A stretch of 35,229 bases of DNA from a virus (Duplodnaviria; Caudoviricetes). Position 1 is the first letter of the stretch; every line of letters starts with the position of its first letter. The DNA is taken from positions 1 through 35,229 of IMG/VR virus record IMGVR_UViG_3300012942_000091; one strand, given 5' to 3'. The translations under genes and the position numbers were made by a program. Below are positions 23,692 through 33,961 of the stretch, one piece after another. The notes beneath the pieces were generated by a model that made no database searches, had not been told where the DNA came from, and saw only the letters and a list, made by a program, of their open reading frames with translations.

Positions 23692-24260
23692 TGGAAGTTC
23701 ATCTTCTCGTTGGTTTTCGATGCCGGTTTGCTGTCAGCTAGAATCGAGTCGAATATTGATGAGACGATATTCTTGTTGTACAGATCTACCACCGACGTTC
23801 CCACTATATCCGACCACTTCCCATCTATGGTGGAATACTGTTTCATGATCTTGTTGATGTTGTCTTTGATGAGAGTCAGGGCTATGGGTAGGTTCGGAGC
23901 GATGTCGAACCTGCTGACGCCAGCTCCGATAGTTGTTGGGTATCCGTAGTAGTTGAGGCCAACGGCAGGGTAGGAGAACTGCACTACTCCCCTTTTTAGA
24001 TTGGGATAGGCCGCTTTCTGTGCGCTGCGCAAGTCTGCCACGAGCTGTTCGTATTCATCCACGCTACGACACTGTACGGTGAACTGGAAATCGTTCTCGC
24101 GAACCTGGATGGGGTAGTTGTGCACCTGAGCGCGTACCGTTGCCTGATCCATGGTGCTGGTGTAGCCGACAGCGTACTGGGTGACAATGACGGTACGCTT
24201 GACCGTAGATCTCTCCCGTGAGATTACCAGGGTGGCGTTCTTGACGTTCTTAACTGCCAT
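23688..24260 (-). CDS. Tail/baseplate protein
   Basis: Synteny, 190 aa coupled ORF. Confidence 0.65.
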   Translation of the reverse strand: MAVKNVKNATLVISRERSTVKRTVIVTQYAVGYTSTMDQATVRAQVHNYPIQVRENDFQFTVQCRSVDEYEQLVADLRSAQKAAYPNLKRGVVQFSYPAVGLNYYGYPTTIGAGVSRFDIAPNLPIALTLIKDNINKIMKQYSTIDGKWSDIVGTSVVDLYNKNIVSSIFDSILADSKPASKTNEKMNFQ

Positions 24261-24438
24261 GCGCCAGCTCCCGCAACAGGTCTGTTACGTGCGGCGGCGC
24301 TTCGAAGTAGCTGATTGGGTCCTGCATCGGTATGAAGATGCCCTCGTCCGGATCCCATCCGAAGCCGTTCATGTCTGCGGTGTTGGAGAATCCGCTAGTT
24401 GGCTCGGATATCTGCGTGTCGCTCTTGAAGTCTGCCAT
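24250..24438 (-). CDS. Small hypothetical protein
   Basis: GGGAG RBS, fills the operon gap. Confidence 0.65.
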   Translation of the reverse strand: MADFKSDTQISEPTSGFSNTADMNGFGWDPDEGIFIPMQDPISYFEAPPHVTDLLRELAHGS

Positions 24439-24459
24439 GTCGAATCACTCCCTACCTAT

Positions 24460-25434
24460 TTACCCTTGGCCGGTAATGTTCCGCACGATGCTCTGCGCCC
24501 AGGAGAGGTTGCCCTTGTAGTTCGAGCCGTCCGAGAACTCGGACTGCTGAACCGCCTGAGCAGCCACCCAGGGGCTTAGCATCTGCCAGTTGTTGATACG
24601 TACCAGCGCGTCGAAGAACAGCCCTGCAGAGCCCTGTGGGTCCATGCGGACAGACAGCGGCCCCCAGGCTGAGATCTGCTGGAACAGGCCGCGAGAGGAC
24701 GACATGGCGCCTCCCATGCTTGCCGGGTAATCGCCATAGTTGACGTTGTGCAGGGTAGATTCCGTAATGGCAGTCATAACACCGATCACTGCACCCTGCA
24801 CGCCCAGCCCACGAGAGAATGCAACATTGATAATTGCACGAGCATTGCTGAGCTGATCTGCCGAGAGGGACTTGTCGGATCCGGAGGCTACGTTGGCTGA
24901 GGTCAGAGGACCGCTTCCGTTTGTATCGGCATTCTGCTTGTTCAAAGCAGCGTTGACCTTATTCTCCGGGTCGTTGTACTGGCTATTGTAGTAACCAACG
25001 CCAGAAGCCAGCTTGGACAGCTCCTTTTTCATCGAGGTCTTGGTAAGAGTACCGCCCAAGTCTTCCTGAATGGCGAATGACATATTGATGGGGAAGACCA
25101 CGTTGGTGACGGAGTTCTCCATCGTTATATTCTTGGCCCATATTTTGAGGTTGTACTTCTTGGGTGGGTAGGAGAATGTGGCGAGCTTTTGTCCGTTCTG
25201 CTGCCACAGCGCCATCTCTTTGAAGAAGGCCATGACCCTCTTGGCTTCGGTGAGTCCGGCCTTGCCGGTGACGATGGATAGGTTTAGATCGCCAAGCGAG
25301 ACGCCCAGCAGTTGCACGACTTTCCCGCCGTACGTGTAGTCCACATGCGTGCGAAGCTGATATGACCAGCCGATGTCGTAAGGGTCGATGCGGAACGCAA
25401 ACTTTTTGTGCGCCGATATTGATGCTACACCCAT
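24460..25434 (-). CDS. Tail protein with C-terminal lysozyme-like peptidoglycan hydrolase domain
   Basis: AITES.L.N...SRGLFQQ..WG....RMDP...AQAVQ.S motifs, follows the tape measure gene. Confidence 0.8.
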   Translation of the reverse strand: MGVASISAHKKFAFRIDPYDIGWSYQLRTHVDYTYGGKVVQLLGVSLGDLNLSIVTGKAGLTEAKRVMAFFKEMALWQQNGQKLATFSYPPKKYNLKIWAKNITMENSVTNVVFPINMSFAIQEDLGGTLTKTSMKKELSKLASGVGYYNSQYNDPENKVNAALNKQNADTNGSGPLTSANVASGSDKSLSADQLSNARAIINVAFSRGLGVQGAVIGVMTAITESTLHNVNYGDYPASMGGAMSSSRGLFQQISAWGPLSVRMDPQGSAGLFFDALVRINNWQMLSPWVAAQAVQQSEFSDGSNYKGNLSWAQSIVRNITGQG

Positions 25435-28013
25435 TACTTATTCCCAGGCGCTGCGTCGTTCCTCTGCGCTCCGTTGTATCCGGAGTTTGCGTTGACGCTG
25501 TTTATGTCGTTGGGCACAGATCCGGGGTTAGGTGCATTGATCTGAAGCCAGCGCTGAGCCTCAGGGGTAAGTCCAATGGTCGTTTCGGTCTTACTGTTGG
25601 ATGTTACCCCTGGCGCGGAGTAAGTTATTTTGGATCCGCCACTTGCCTTAGCGGCTGGCCCAGGCTCTGCAGTCTGAGCGTAAGATTTTGAGGTACCGAG
25701 TAGCTGTGCCATTGTCATAGGCTTGGTTAGGAAGTGAGAAGAATCCAGAGGCGGGTTGGCATTATCGAGCATCTCTGGGTTGGTGGCATCCGCAAAGCTA
25801 CCCTTGGTAATAGCGCCCATCATAGTGTCTGTCTGAACAAGCTTAAGATCGCCCCTTTCCAAACCAATGAGTTGCTGCTTGTCCTGTAGGTTAAGTATGT
25901 GCGCCTTACCATCCTTCTCCACCACAGCCCAGTTAGCGTTCTTATTGCCAGCTCTGGTTCCGGCCACCTGCAATTGCTGTATGAATGAGTTGATATCCAT
26001 GTCAGGTACGTACTTATCCCCACCGAAAACGTCCATCTCGTACTGATGCTCGGTCTTCTTAGAGTTTCCTGGCTGCTTCTTCCACTCCTCGTACGTCGGG
26101 GTATTCTTAGTGATGGGCTTGTTGTTGACGGACACCTTCTTGCCTTGTGTTGTTCCCCTTACCGCCTTATTTGATATTCCCTTCCATCCCTTGCTAAGTA
26201 CCTGGTCGTATAGTTCGTTAGAGACCTCCATGCTGTCTGTGAAGCCATAGCCACTGGTAAGTTCGTCGTAGAAACCCTGACGAGCGCTCTCTGGATCTGC
26301 AGGAAAGGCGCTCTGCCACTTCATAGCAACGTATTGAACTGTCTCAAGCAACGAATCCATCAGCTCGGTAGGATTGTCCTTGTCGTTGATCATCTTCGTA
26401 ACGACCATGTCGGACCGTACCCCAGGCATGTGGCGCATACCCATGAGACCGGCGAAGTTAGAGTTGTCGGCCAACCCCAGCAGCGCCTGCACGCCGGTAC
26501 TGAGCGAACTACCCTTAGCTGTCTTGCCTAGAGCGTTGAGGTTGCCGTTGGCATCCTTATCCTTGAACATGTTACCAAGATAGGTGGATGCCGTAGACGC
26601 TCTGGTGGCATTACCGCCGTGCTGAAGAATGAAGTCGTTCATGGCCGTGTAGTCACTGATAGCCGTATCGATGGATCCGTTCTGAGCTGCTGCACTACCC
26701 TTCATGGTGTTGAGATCCAGCTTCAAGCCTTCAATTGATTGCTTTCCCAGGTCTACGTTTGATCTCAATAGATCCACCGACTTAGCAACGTCCATGTTCA
26801 TATTGACAAGGTTATCTTTGATGAAATCTACTGCATTGTCGTAGGACTTTCCACTATATCCAGAGTTCAAGGCGCCCATGATGATCTGTCGGGCCTGATC
26901 GGAAGATATCAATGGGTTTAGTGACATGAGCATTACGTCCTTCTGTACGCCCATACCGCCGCCTAAGGTGTGACCATGGATATCCATGTTCCTAAACTCG
27001 GATACCTGCTCACCAGCGTTCTGCACCATGTTGAACAACATTGCTCCAGCGCCGACCCCTACACCGGCACCCGCTAGAGCTTTAAAGCCCGGTATGCTTC
27101 CCAGTCCCTTCATGAGATTTCCAAGCAAGGATAGTCGACCAGCCACTGGAGTTGCTCCGGAGCCAACGCTTCCCATGAGCTGCTGGAACATGGCATTGGC
27201 GGAATTGACATTATGGTCGGAAGAGTTGATGAAGTTATCAAGGTTGTGAGCTGGCGGAACTACCGAGTCCTGCTCATCTTCATCATCTTCTTCGTCTGCG
27301 CGATGCTTACCACCGCGACTACCAACGACAGCCTGCTGACGACGCCGGACCTCCTTCTGGCGCTCCTTCTCATCTTCCCTTCGCTGCTCGGCAGCTTGCG
27401 CGGCGCTGGCGTTTGCAGCTCCCAACCTGAATGGCTCTTGGACTCCAGTCCCTGACATGGTGAAGGTGGCGTACGACATGCCAGGACCCACGGGGTAGAT
27501 ATTCGATCCGGGGATTCCACCGAAAGACTGAATGTAGTTGAACACCTGGGAGTCTCGCTCCTGTGCCTGCTGATCAGCAGAAGCCTGCTGCTGCTGTTGC
27601 TGCATCTGTGGAGCGGAACGAACATCCTGGTAGCGATCCGCCTGGTTCAGCCCGAACTGTCCGAAATATTGGGTACTGGGTCCGTTGAACATGTTGCTGG
27701 CGTTCATGCCGTAGCCTATGGCGGAGGTTCGTAGCTGGTCCATGGCAGAGGCAGAGTCTCGGATGAGCTGCAGCATCTCTCGCTGCATGTCTGCGGCCTG
27801 ACGCTGAATCTCGGGGAAGGCCTTGAGGTAGGACATGTATTCCGAACCGAAACGCGCCGCCGCCTCCAGGTTGGCCTGGATATTACCGGTATATTCCGCG
27901 ATATCCTTTAGGGTACTGACCGAATCGGTCGGGATATCCATCTTGAGGTCAGCGGTGACAGAATTGTCATTGTACGAGAAGGATGGTGATCCACCACCTA
28001 TAGCGCTGGTCAA
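25434..28013 (-). CDS. Tape measure protein
   Basis: 859 aa, helical Ala/Gly/Gln-rich, directly after the chaperone pair. Confidence 0.8.
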   Translation of the reverse strand: MTSAIGGGSPSFSYNDNSVTADLKMDIPTDSVSTLKDIAEYTGNIQANLEAAARFGSEYMSYLKAFPEIQRQAADMQREMLQLIRDSASAMDQLRTSAIGYGMNASNMFNGPSTQYFGQFGLNQADRYQDVRSAPQMQQQQQQASADQQAQERDSQVFNYIQSFGGIPGSNIYPVGPGMSYATFTMSGTGVQEPFRLGAANASAAQAAEQRREDEKERQKEVRRRQQAVVGSRGGKHRADEEDDEDEQDSVVPPAHNLDNFINSSDHNVNSANAMFQQLMGSVGSGATPVAGRLSLLGNLMKGLGSIPGFKALAGAGVGVGAGAMLFNMVQNAGEQVSEFRNMDIHGHTLGGGMGVQKDVMLMSLNPLISSDQARQIIMGALNSGYSGKSYDNAVDFIKDNLVNMNMDVAKSVDLLRSNVDLGKQSIEGLKLDLNTMKGSAAAQNGSIDTAISDYTAMNDFILQHGGNATRASTASTYLGNMFKDKDANGNLNALGKTAKGSSLSTGVQALLGLADNSNFAGLMGMRHMPGVRSDMVVTKMINDKDNPTELMDSLLETVQYVAMKWQSAFPADPESARQGFYDELTSGYGFTDSMEVSNELYDQVLSKGWKGISNKAVRGTTQGKKVSVNNKPITKNTPTYEEWKKQPGNSKKTEHQYEMDVFGGDKYVPDMDINSFIQQLQVAGTRAGNKNANWAVVEKDGKAHILNLQDKQQLIGLERGDLKLVQTDTMMGAITKGSFADATNPEMLDNANPPLDSSHFLTKPMTMAQLLGTSKSYAQTAEPGPAAKASGGSKITYSAPGVTSNSKTETTIGLTPEAQRWLQINAPNPGSVPNDINSVNANSGYNGAQRNDAAPGNK

Positions 28014-28363
28014 AGCCAGTCCTCCTCGTCATCCTCTGCGGCCGAGGCAACTTGAGGTGCCCCTATCTCTTTCAGGTAGGCCTCAATCTCTTCGAGATTG
28101 TCCGGCAGGAAACCCTCTTCGCCAGACCCATCATCATCGGAGTTCTTTCGCTCAATGGCTGCTAGAGCTTCAGGGTTGTGGATGGATAGGAGCATCTTGT
28201 ACTGGCGTTCCTCAGCAGCGATCTGCTCCTCGCGCTCTTCCACCAGCAGATAGCTCAGTGCCCATCGCTGTATCGAGGTCACCTGACGACCCTGTAGGAG
28301 ACCCTGCGCCCTTGCTATCCGAACGGTCCCCAGCTCTTGGGGTGTCAGGCGGACTTTTTTCCC
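28010..28363 (-). CDS. Tail assembly chaperone, -1 frameshift extension
   Basis: The -1 frame is open from GGGAAAA through ...VRLTPQELGTVRIARAQGLLQGRQVTSIQRW... to the stop at 28010. Confidence 0.82.
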   Translation of the reverse strand, partial: GKKVRLTPQELGTVRIARAQGLLQGRQVTSIQRWALSYLLVEEREEQIAAEERQYKMLLSIHNPEALAAIERKNSDDDGSGEEGFLPDNLEEIEAYLKEIGAPQVASAAEDDEEDWL

Positions 28364-28794
28364 AGGCGGCTCAGTACAGGAACAAGATTCGTCTCAAGAG
28401 CCTTGACGCCATCGAATATCTCATCAATGACAGAAGGATAGTATTCCTTCATGCGGTCGAACTTGCGAGCTACCGAGGTGGCCGAATCGTCTGCAATGCT
28501 GAGCGCTTGCACCAGTGGCCTGCCGTCGATCTCCTTGACCGCTGCGGCGGCAATAAGGGTCTTGTACGCCCGCTGGAATGCATGGGTATCCATGTACTCC
28601 TTCAATAGGAGGCCAACCTCAAGATCCTCCGCCACCGTAAGCGTTGCAATGGTGATCTTGTGACCGAATACGGTGATGACGTCGGTCAGGGAGCCGATCT
28701 GTATCAGCGATTTGAACTGATCGGATTCGTCCTTGGTGAAATTATATTCTTCCTGATCTTCTTCGTCTTCGACCAAGCTAGGGGCGTCGGTCAT
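28345..28794 (-). CDS. Tail assembly chaperone
   Basis: GGAG RBS. Ends CTG GGA AAA AAG TCC GCC TGA, containing the slippery site. Confidence 0.85.
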   Translation of the reverse strand: MTDAPSLVEDEEDQEEYNFTKDESDQFKSLIQIGSLTDVITVFGHKITIATLTVAEDLEVGLLLKEYMDTHAFQRAYKTLIAAAAVKEIDGRPLVQALSIADDSATSVARKFDRMKEYYPSVIDEIFDGVKALETNLVPVLSRLGKKSA

Positions 28795-28804
28795 TCATAA
28801 CTCC

Positions 28805-29200
28805 TTATTCTGATGTGCTGAAAGGCGTGTAGTCTCCGCCCTGAAGAGGGAACAGGAATATCGTGAGGTCCTTGTAGTACGAATCGAATTCATGTCCCCT
28901 CGTGCATGATAGCACGGTAGGAGTGGTACTATCCAGCAATTCTGGTAAGAGATCCCTGTCGATATCAAGATTAGATCGACAGATGGGGCACTTGAGATCG
29001 TCGCGAGGACCTATCTGATATTCCTCGATAGTGTCCTTATCATCGACGGCGCCGTACACGTATTCCAGATGTGCCATAACATCGTCCTGAGCTTGATTGG
29101 CTCTACGGGGACCGAAGCGTTCGCGGAACAGCTCACCACAGGAGCAGTACGCCTTGGCGCACTTCTGGAATGCCAGGATCTCCGGTTGGTGCGTAAGCAT
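28805..29200 (-). CDS. Two-zinc-ribbon hypothetical protein
   Basis: AAGGAG RBS before ATG 29200. CSCG..H and CPIC..C..GH motifs. Confidence 0.75.
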   Translation of the reverse strand: MLTHQPEILAFQKCAKAYCSCGELFRERFGPRRANQAQDDVMAHLEYVYGAVDDKDTIEEYQIGPRDDLKCPICRSNLDIDRDLLPELLDSTTPTVLSCTRGHEFDSYYKDLTIFLFPLQGGDYTPFSTSE

Positions 29201-29217
29201 TCCCGGATCTCCTTGAA

Positions 29218-29688
29218 TCAAACGGTGGTGGCGTGGGTGTACATGATGGTCAGGCCCTTCGGCAGAACCATCGTGGCGATGTTGATCTGCTCGCCGTCGT
29301 CCACGTCCACGATCATGCAGTTGTGGTAGACCTTGGCGCGAGTACCGCCGCCCGGCTTCTTGATGATCTTGCGGCAGGTGATGGATCCCAGCTTGACCTG
29401 TGTCTGCAGTACCTGGAGCAGGTTGGTAGCCTTTCCAAGACCCGGAAGGGCCTGCCATACCGAAGCATTCCAGGTTTCGTAGAACGTCAGACGGAGGGTA
29501 CCGGCACCGACTGCGCGAGCCGTGACGATCTCCTTGGGGTATGAGTCAGTGATGGACTGAACCGGGACTGCCTGGGCAACAGGCGTAGGAGCAGTGTCCT
29601 GAATTGTCTGCAAGTATGCGAGGGTCTTTCCGGTGTAGGAGAACACCGTAAATCCAGACCCACCAATACGTACCTTAGGCTGTGGCAT
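29218..29688 (-). CDS. Tail tube protein
   Basis: 156 aa, directly after the sheath gene, beta-rich. Confidence 0.85.
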   Translation of the reverse strand: MPQPKVRIGGSGFTVFSYTGKTLAYLQTIQDTAPTPVAQAVPVQSITDSYPKEIVTARAVGAGTLRLTFYETWNASVWQALPGLGKATNLLQVLQTQVKLGSITCRKIIKKPGGGTRAKVYHNCMIVDVDDGEQINIATMVLPKGLTIMYTHATTV

Positions 29689-29707
29689 TGTTCAGTGATC
29701 CCCTTTA

Positions 29708-31159
29708 TCAGATCGATTCGGAAGTGTCGCCGCTGGTCACGTTGAGCGTGAACTGCACGACGATGTAGTTCATTGGCAGGCTCGGGAGCCAGTCGAAGGT
29801 GATCTGAACGACGTCCAGTGTCGTGGAGGACTGCTGCGCGGTCAGGTTCTCGTAGTCGGCAATGGAGCCATCTGCCACCAGACTCTGCAGTGCAGACTCC
29901 GCCGACGCCTTGACGTTGGCAAGCGTGGTCTCGGTGATGACGCCACCGATAATGCCGTCGTTGTCGAAGAAGTCACGCAGACGTGCCGCCATGGCATCCT
30001 GCTGAGACAGGATCGACCACTCGCGAGAAGCGATGGTGGACGGGTCGGTGGTCACGCCGTGGCGTATGCGCAGCGATCCAGTGTTGTTGGCGCTGTCGAT
30101 GACCATGAGCCCCATCTTCGACTCCAGAGACTTCTGAGAGTCTGCCATGGTCGGTACACCAGCGAACCCAAGAACCTGCTTGCGGGTCAGCGGGGTTGAT
30201 GGGGTCTGCGAAACTGCAAGCCCGGCAACGGCTGCCGCTGCATACTGACCACCGAGGTTTGTGGTCTGGTTGATGGACGTGTTGTAGTATGTGAAGGTGT
30301 CCGGGGAGACCAGGGCAACGCGAGAGTTGTCCAGGGCCGAGGCCAGTGAGATGCGGGTCGTGGAGTCCACCGCAGAGATGGATCCGTCCACACCTAGAAT
30401 CGCCTTGCGCTCCGCACGAGACGCGGACTGGTTCACCACGTGGTCGCGAACGATGGTGTGCAGCGAGCTGTTTCCGTTGGCACACACGACGACTGCAATG
30501 TCCAGCACACCCTCGAAGGTGGCCAGAGCATCACGATAGTCAGATACCTGTGGGGAGCTACCATTACGGACGGCTGCGGTAACGATGGTCTGGGCGCCGT
30601 TCAGGAAGGCGAGGTTGCATGCCAGGGTCAGCTCGGAGGCTACGGTACCATCGGCGTTGAAGGCCGGTCCGTAACGGGCTACCACCTCGTTGAACGAGTA
30701 CATGTGCTGAGGCTGGTAGTAGGTGACATCCGTGAAGTGGAACGACACCTGAACCTGCGCACCTTCCTGCAGGTTGCCACCCAGAACACGGACGATCTGA
30801 TAGGTGGAGTCAGCACCGCCGACAGTACCGGAAGGTCCGTTGGTTACCACCACGGCATAGTCGCCATCGGGCGGCGACACGGTTACCTGCTGTACGTAGA
30901 CGTTTCCGGTGGTGGTGTCGGTCACTACGACGCTGGTCGGGTCGATGCCCTTCTGGCGCAGCACCTGTGAGCTGACCGGGTTGCCTCCGTCATCATCATT
31001 CGGAATGGTGATTGTCTGCAGATCGGTCTGGTAACCCCTCGAAACACCGAAGATTCCAACCGATGCCGGAGCACCACCTTGAACGCCCACCTGCGGGCCG
31101 GGGGTGGCTGAGGTGTAGACGCCCGGCGGGTTGTACCGGGATAGATCGGGAGCAGTCAT
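29708..31159 (-). CDS. Tail sheath protein
   Basis: N-terminal PPGVY, F.NGA, AAA.AGL, P..PLT.K and IRHGVTT motifs. Confidence 0.93.
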   Translation of the reverse strand: MTAPDLSRYNPPGVYTSATPGPQVGVQGGAPASVGIFGVSRGYQTDLQTITIPNDDDGGNPVSSQVLRQKGIDPTSVVVTDTTTGNVYVQQVTVSPPDGDYAVVVTNGPSGTVGGADSTYQIVRVLGGNLQEGAQVQVSFHFTDVTYYQPQHMYSFNEVVARYGPAFNADGTVASELTLACNLAFLNGAQTIVTAAVRNGSSPQVSDYRDALATFEGVLDIAVVVCANGNSSLHTIVRDHVVNQSASRAERKAILGVDGSISAVDSTTRISLASALDNSRVALVSPDTFTYYNTSINQTTNLGGQYAAAAVAGLAVSQTPSTPLTRKQVLGFAGVPTMADSQKSLESKMGLMVIDSANNTGSLRIRHGVTTDPSTIASREWSILSQQDAMAARLRDFFDNDGIIGGVITETTLANVKASAESALQSLVADGSIADYENLTAQQSSTTLDVVQITFDWLPSLPMNYIVVQFTLNVTSGDTSESI

Positions 31160-31234
31160 GGTCTTTTGTTCACCTTCCGGGCGTGCGAAATCGCTGGTGT
31201 CCTACTTTTTATGTTGTTGTCAAAGTCGAGTTTG

Positions 31235-31891
31235 CTATTCCATGTGGATGTGCAGCAGAGGATCGGCATTGCCATCCAAACTGCCATCCGCCGTAACCTC
31301 AACACCGGCAAGTCTGTCGGTAGGTAGCTTGAAGCTGGACTGGACATGTCCAAGCATCCTGATGGAGTAGACGTCCTGGTATGCGAGCGTTTCCTGATTC
31401 CACGGAACACCGATACTGGTGGTCTGTCCTCCAGGAGTTAGGGTGTCGCGATCAACGGCAAGTGAGTAGCTGTCACCGGCTTCAAGAATTTGATCGAACT
31501 TTTGAGCGGTGGGGTGATACTTGCTGAATGCGAACATGTTGAGGAACTGACTGGAGTAGGCGTCGCGCTCGAACGAGGAAAGGGACATGATGGTGAACCG
31601 AGCGGCACCCTCAAACATCCACTCACCCTGCATGTCGCCGTCATCATCGACCAGGAAGTGCCCGATACCGGCCTGCTGGAACTTGGTGAAGGAGAACTCA
31701 ACCCATATGTGGGGATACTGCTCCTCGGTCAGCGGGTACTCCATGGAAACCTTAACACCCTGGATCTTCTTCTCTGGATAGTTACGATCCTGGATGGTTC
31801 CCCGCACGGCCTTGATGATGGTCGTCTTGAGCTGGATGATGAAGTCGCTGTCGATAGCAGACTGCGGAAGCTTGGGGTCGATGGATACCAT
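31235..31891 (-). CDS. Tail terminator / completion protein
   Basis: EYP....YP.I motif, directly upstream of the sheath gene. Confidence 0.65.
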   Translation of the reverse strand: MVSIDPKLPQSAIDSDFIIQLKTTIIKAVRGTIQDRNYPEKKIQGVKVSMEYPLTEEQYPHIWVEFSFTKFQQAGIGHFLVDDDGDMQGEWMFEGAARFTIMSLSSFERDAYSSQFLNMFAFSKYHPTAQKFDQILEAGDSYSLAVDRDTLTPGGQTTSIGVPWNQETLAYQDVYSIRMLGHVQSSFKLPTDRLAGVEVTADGSLDGNADPLLHIHME

Positions 31892-32349
31892 TACGGCTTA
31901 ATCTCCCCCTCGAATCCTATCAGCGTCTTCATTAATTCCTGTAGCGCCGGGCGTGTCTGTGATACTGCATCGTTGATAGCCTTGGACATGAAGTAAGTTG
32001 GCTGAATGCCAGGATGACGCCACTTCTGGGTGCGCCACTTCTTCACGCCCCCCGGCATTGTCACGTATCCAGGCTTACCGACCCCGGTGACCCTAACGAA
32101 ATGAAGTCCGCTGGCGTCCTTGATCGGAATAGTCTTTCCCTCAAGGGCGTACATTAGAAATGGCTTGGTGCCCTTCTCCTGATACAGGAGGAACTTGAGT
32201 TCGGTCTGGATTCCAACCTTGCCCGAGCTGAAGATCGGAGATAGTGACGATCCCGATTTCCAGTTACGATACGACATGTATTCTCTGGCGTTTCGAACCG
32301 CCGCGTCCGCTACGAGCTTAGTGTAGGACTCAGGCAGATCAACGATCAT
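31891..32349 (-). CDS. Neck / HK97 gp10-like protein
   Basis: Y.EKGTKP and HPG..P..F...A motifs, ATGA-coupled start. Confidence 0.7.
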   Translation of the reverse strand: MIVDLPESYTKLVADAAVRNAREYMSYRNWKSGSSLSPIFSSGKVGIQTELKFLLYQEKGTKPFLMYALEGKTIPIKDASGLHFVRVTGVGKPGYVTMPGGVKKWRTQKWRHPGIQPTYFMSKAINDAVSQTRPALQELMKTLIGFEGEIKP

Positions 32350-32948
32350 CTGGGCTGGCCATCCTTGCGCGGGAACTGGATGTTGGTCATGATGTTGTAC
32401 CCGTACATGGGGTGACTGGGCGGCAGCAGCTTCGCCTGAATGGCCTGAGCCACCTGCAGGGAGTTGGCGTTTCCGTATACGCTGCCGCTCCTGACAGAAA
32501 CGTTCTGACAGTCGGTTATGGTGTACCGTTCTGCGAAAGCTAGAGGGGCATTCCTGTTCAGGTCCCATCGCGGAACCCTGATCAGGTAGTCGTTCTGGTA
32601 CAGCGGTGGCCAAGGCTCTGTCTGCACACTGTTGTGGCCCTCCAGGTAGATGCCCCCCTGACGTCGGATGTCTTCCTGGTTACGGTTGTCGTTGAAGATG
32701 GCCCATACTCTCCAGGCCTCCTTGACGCCCCCGCTGAAAGTGGTTCCGAAGCATGACGGGCAGTCGAACTGTTGGGTGTTCTCATACACGTCGTTGAAGC
32801 ACACGCAGCGCGGGGCGGTGTCATCATCCACACCCACCCGGTACATGTTCAGGGCTATGCACTGTTCGCCCAGCATCCGGGCGGCATCGGACACTCTCGA
32901 ATAGGCAGTGTTGACGGCGTACGGCTCGGGAACCTTGAGAATCGGCAT
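32346..32948 (-). CDS. Head closure / neck protein
   Basis: RC.C....CPSCFGT.F.GG motif, synteny. Confidence 0.65.
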   Translation of the reverse strand: MPILKVPEPYAVNTAYSRVSDAARMLGEQCIALNMYRVGVDDDTAPRCVCFNDVYENTQQFDCPSCFGTTFSGGVKEAWRVWAIFNDNRNQEDIRRQGGIYLEGHNSVQTEPWPPLYQNDYLIRVPRWDLNRNAPLAFAERYTITDCQNVSVRSGSVYGNANSLQVAQAIQAKLLPPSHPMYGYNIMTNIQFPRKDGQPR

Positions 32949-33961
32949 CAGCTAGTTCTTCCATACGAGACGACGTAGGAGATCGGGTAGAAGCGCATGG
33001 CTCGCGCTGAGCCAGCGTATGCGCCGGAGCGCCACTGACCACCCGCAGCCCCGAAGATACCGCCGGAGACGAGCAATGAGCCCCCTCCTAGGCCCAACAG
33101 GGACCTCTTGAAGGATCGAACGGCCTTGTCGTAGTCGTCCTTCTCGTCCGCAAGGATCTGACGCCAGCGATCTGAGTAGTTGGTGCGGTCCAGGAATGCG
33201 ACATTAGGACCACCGGCCATCGTCGGCTGCTCGATGTAGGAGCGCACCAGGTGGCGGACAACCTCAAGGTAGGTACCCATAACCAGCACCGAGTAGTGCG
33301 TCGGCGGGAACTGCTTGCCGCCGTTCCCGACCACGGAGTAGTGAGTGTAGGGCTGGCTGGTAATGTTGATCCGGTCGCAGGCGAGCTGCATGCACCGAGC
33401 GATGGTTTCGGTGCCGAAGTGTGTCTGAAACTCCTCCTTCAGGTGTGGCCCGCCGTCCACCGAGTCGTACAGGTCAGCGAACATGTAGCTGACTCGTCTG
33501 ACCACGCCGCGCTCGTCGTCGCTGAGCTGGTCGAAGGTCGGCATGGGATCTAGCACCTGATAGAAGTCCCAGAAGGTGTGATCAATACCCTGGACTCGAT
33601 ACTGCCATTGTATGTTTACCAGGCAGAGATCCTGGGTGAAAGCTGGCCCCATGGTGAACTCATAGACACCGCTCTCAGGACTGGTAATGTCGTTAGGGTC
33701 GATAACCGTTGGTGTGCCCATGATGTCGTCGGATTGATCGAATGATGTGCGCTTGTACACGGTCACGACCATGCTGCCTGCGTCCACCTCGACCGGAGTC
33801 CCGGAATTGGCAAACACCTGCAGGCCGACAGACGCCGTCCCATACCTTGACATCTCTTGCCGCACGGTAGACGACTGCCCCAGAACCTTCGGACGGAACA
33901 CCGCCACACCTTCGGGGTTCGGGTTCGGCGCAACATCGCTACTGTTGTAATCAGTCATCAT
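32948..33961 (-). CDS. Head-to-tail adaptor-like protein
   Basis: Ig-like N-terminal half plus helical C-terminal half, synteny. Confidence 0.6.
   Translation of the reverse strand: MMTDYNSSDVAPNPNPEGVAVFRPKVLGQSSTVRQEMSRYGTASVGLQVFANSGTPVEVDAGSMVVTVYKRTSFDQSDDIMGTPTVIDPNDITSPESGVYEFTMGPAFTQDLCLVNIQWQYRVQGIDHTFWDFYQVLDPMPTFDQLSDDERGVVRRVSYMFADLYDSVDGGPHLKEEFQTHFGTETIARCMQLACDRINITSQPYTHYSVVGNGGKQFPPTHYSVLVMGTYLEVVRHLVRSYIEQPTMAGGPNVAFLDRTNYSDRWRQILADEKDDYDKAVRSFKRSLLGLGGGSLLVSGGIFGAAGGQWRSGAYAGSARAMRFYPISYVVSYGRTS

Noticed and set aside
27585-27603. CAG/poly-Gln repeat in the tape measure gene
   Set aside because: Short low-complexity coding tract, not an array.
31199-31223. SigA promoter upstream of the sheath gene (TTGACA)
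   Set aside because: No plausible -10 at 16-19 nt spacing.
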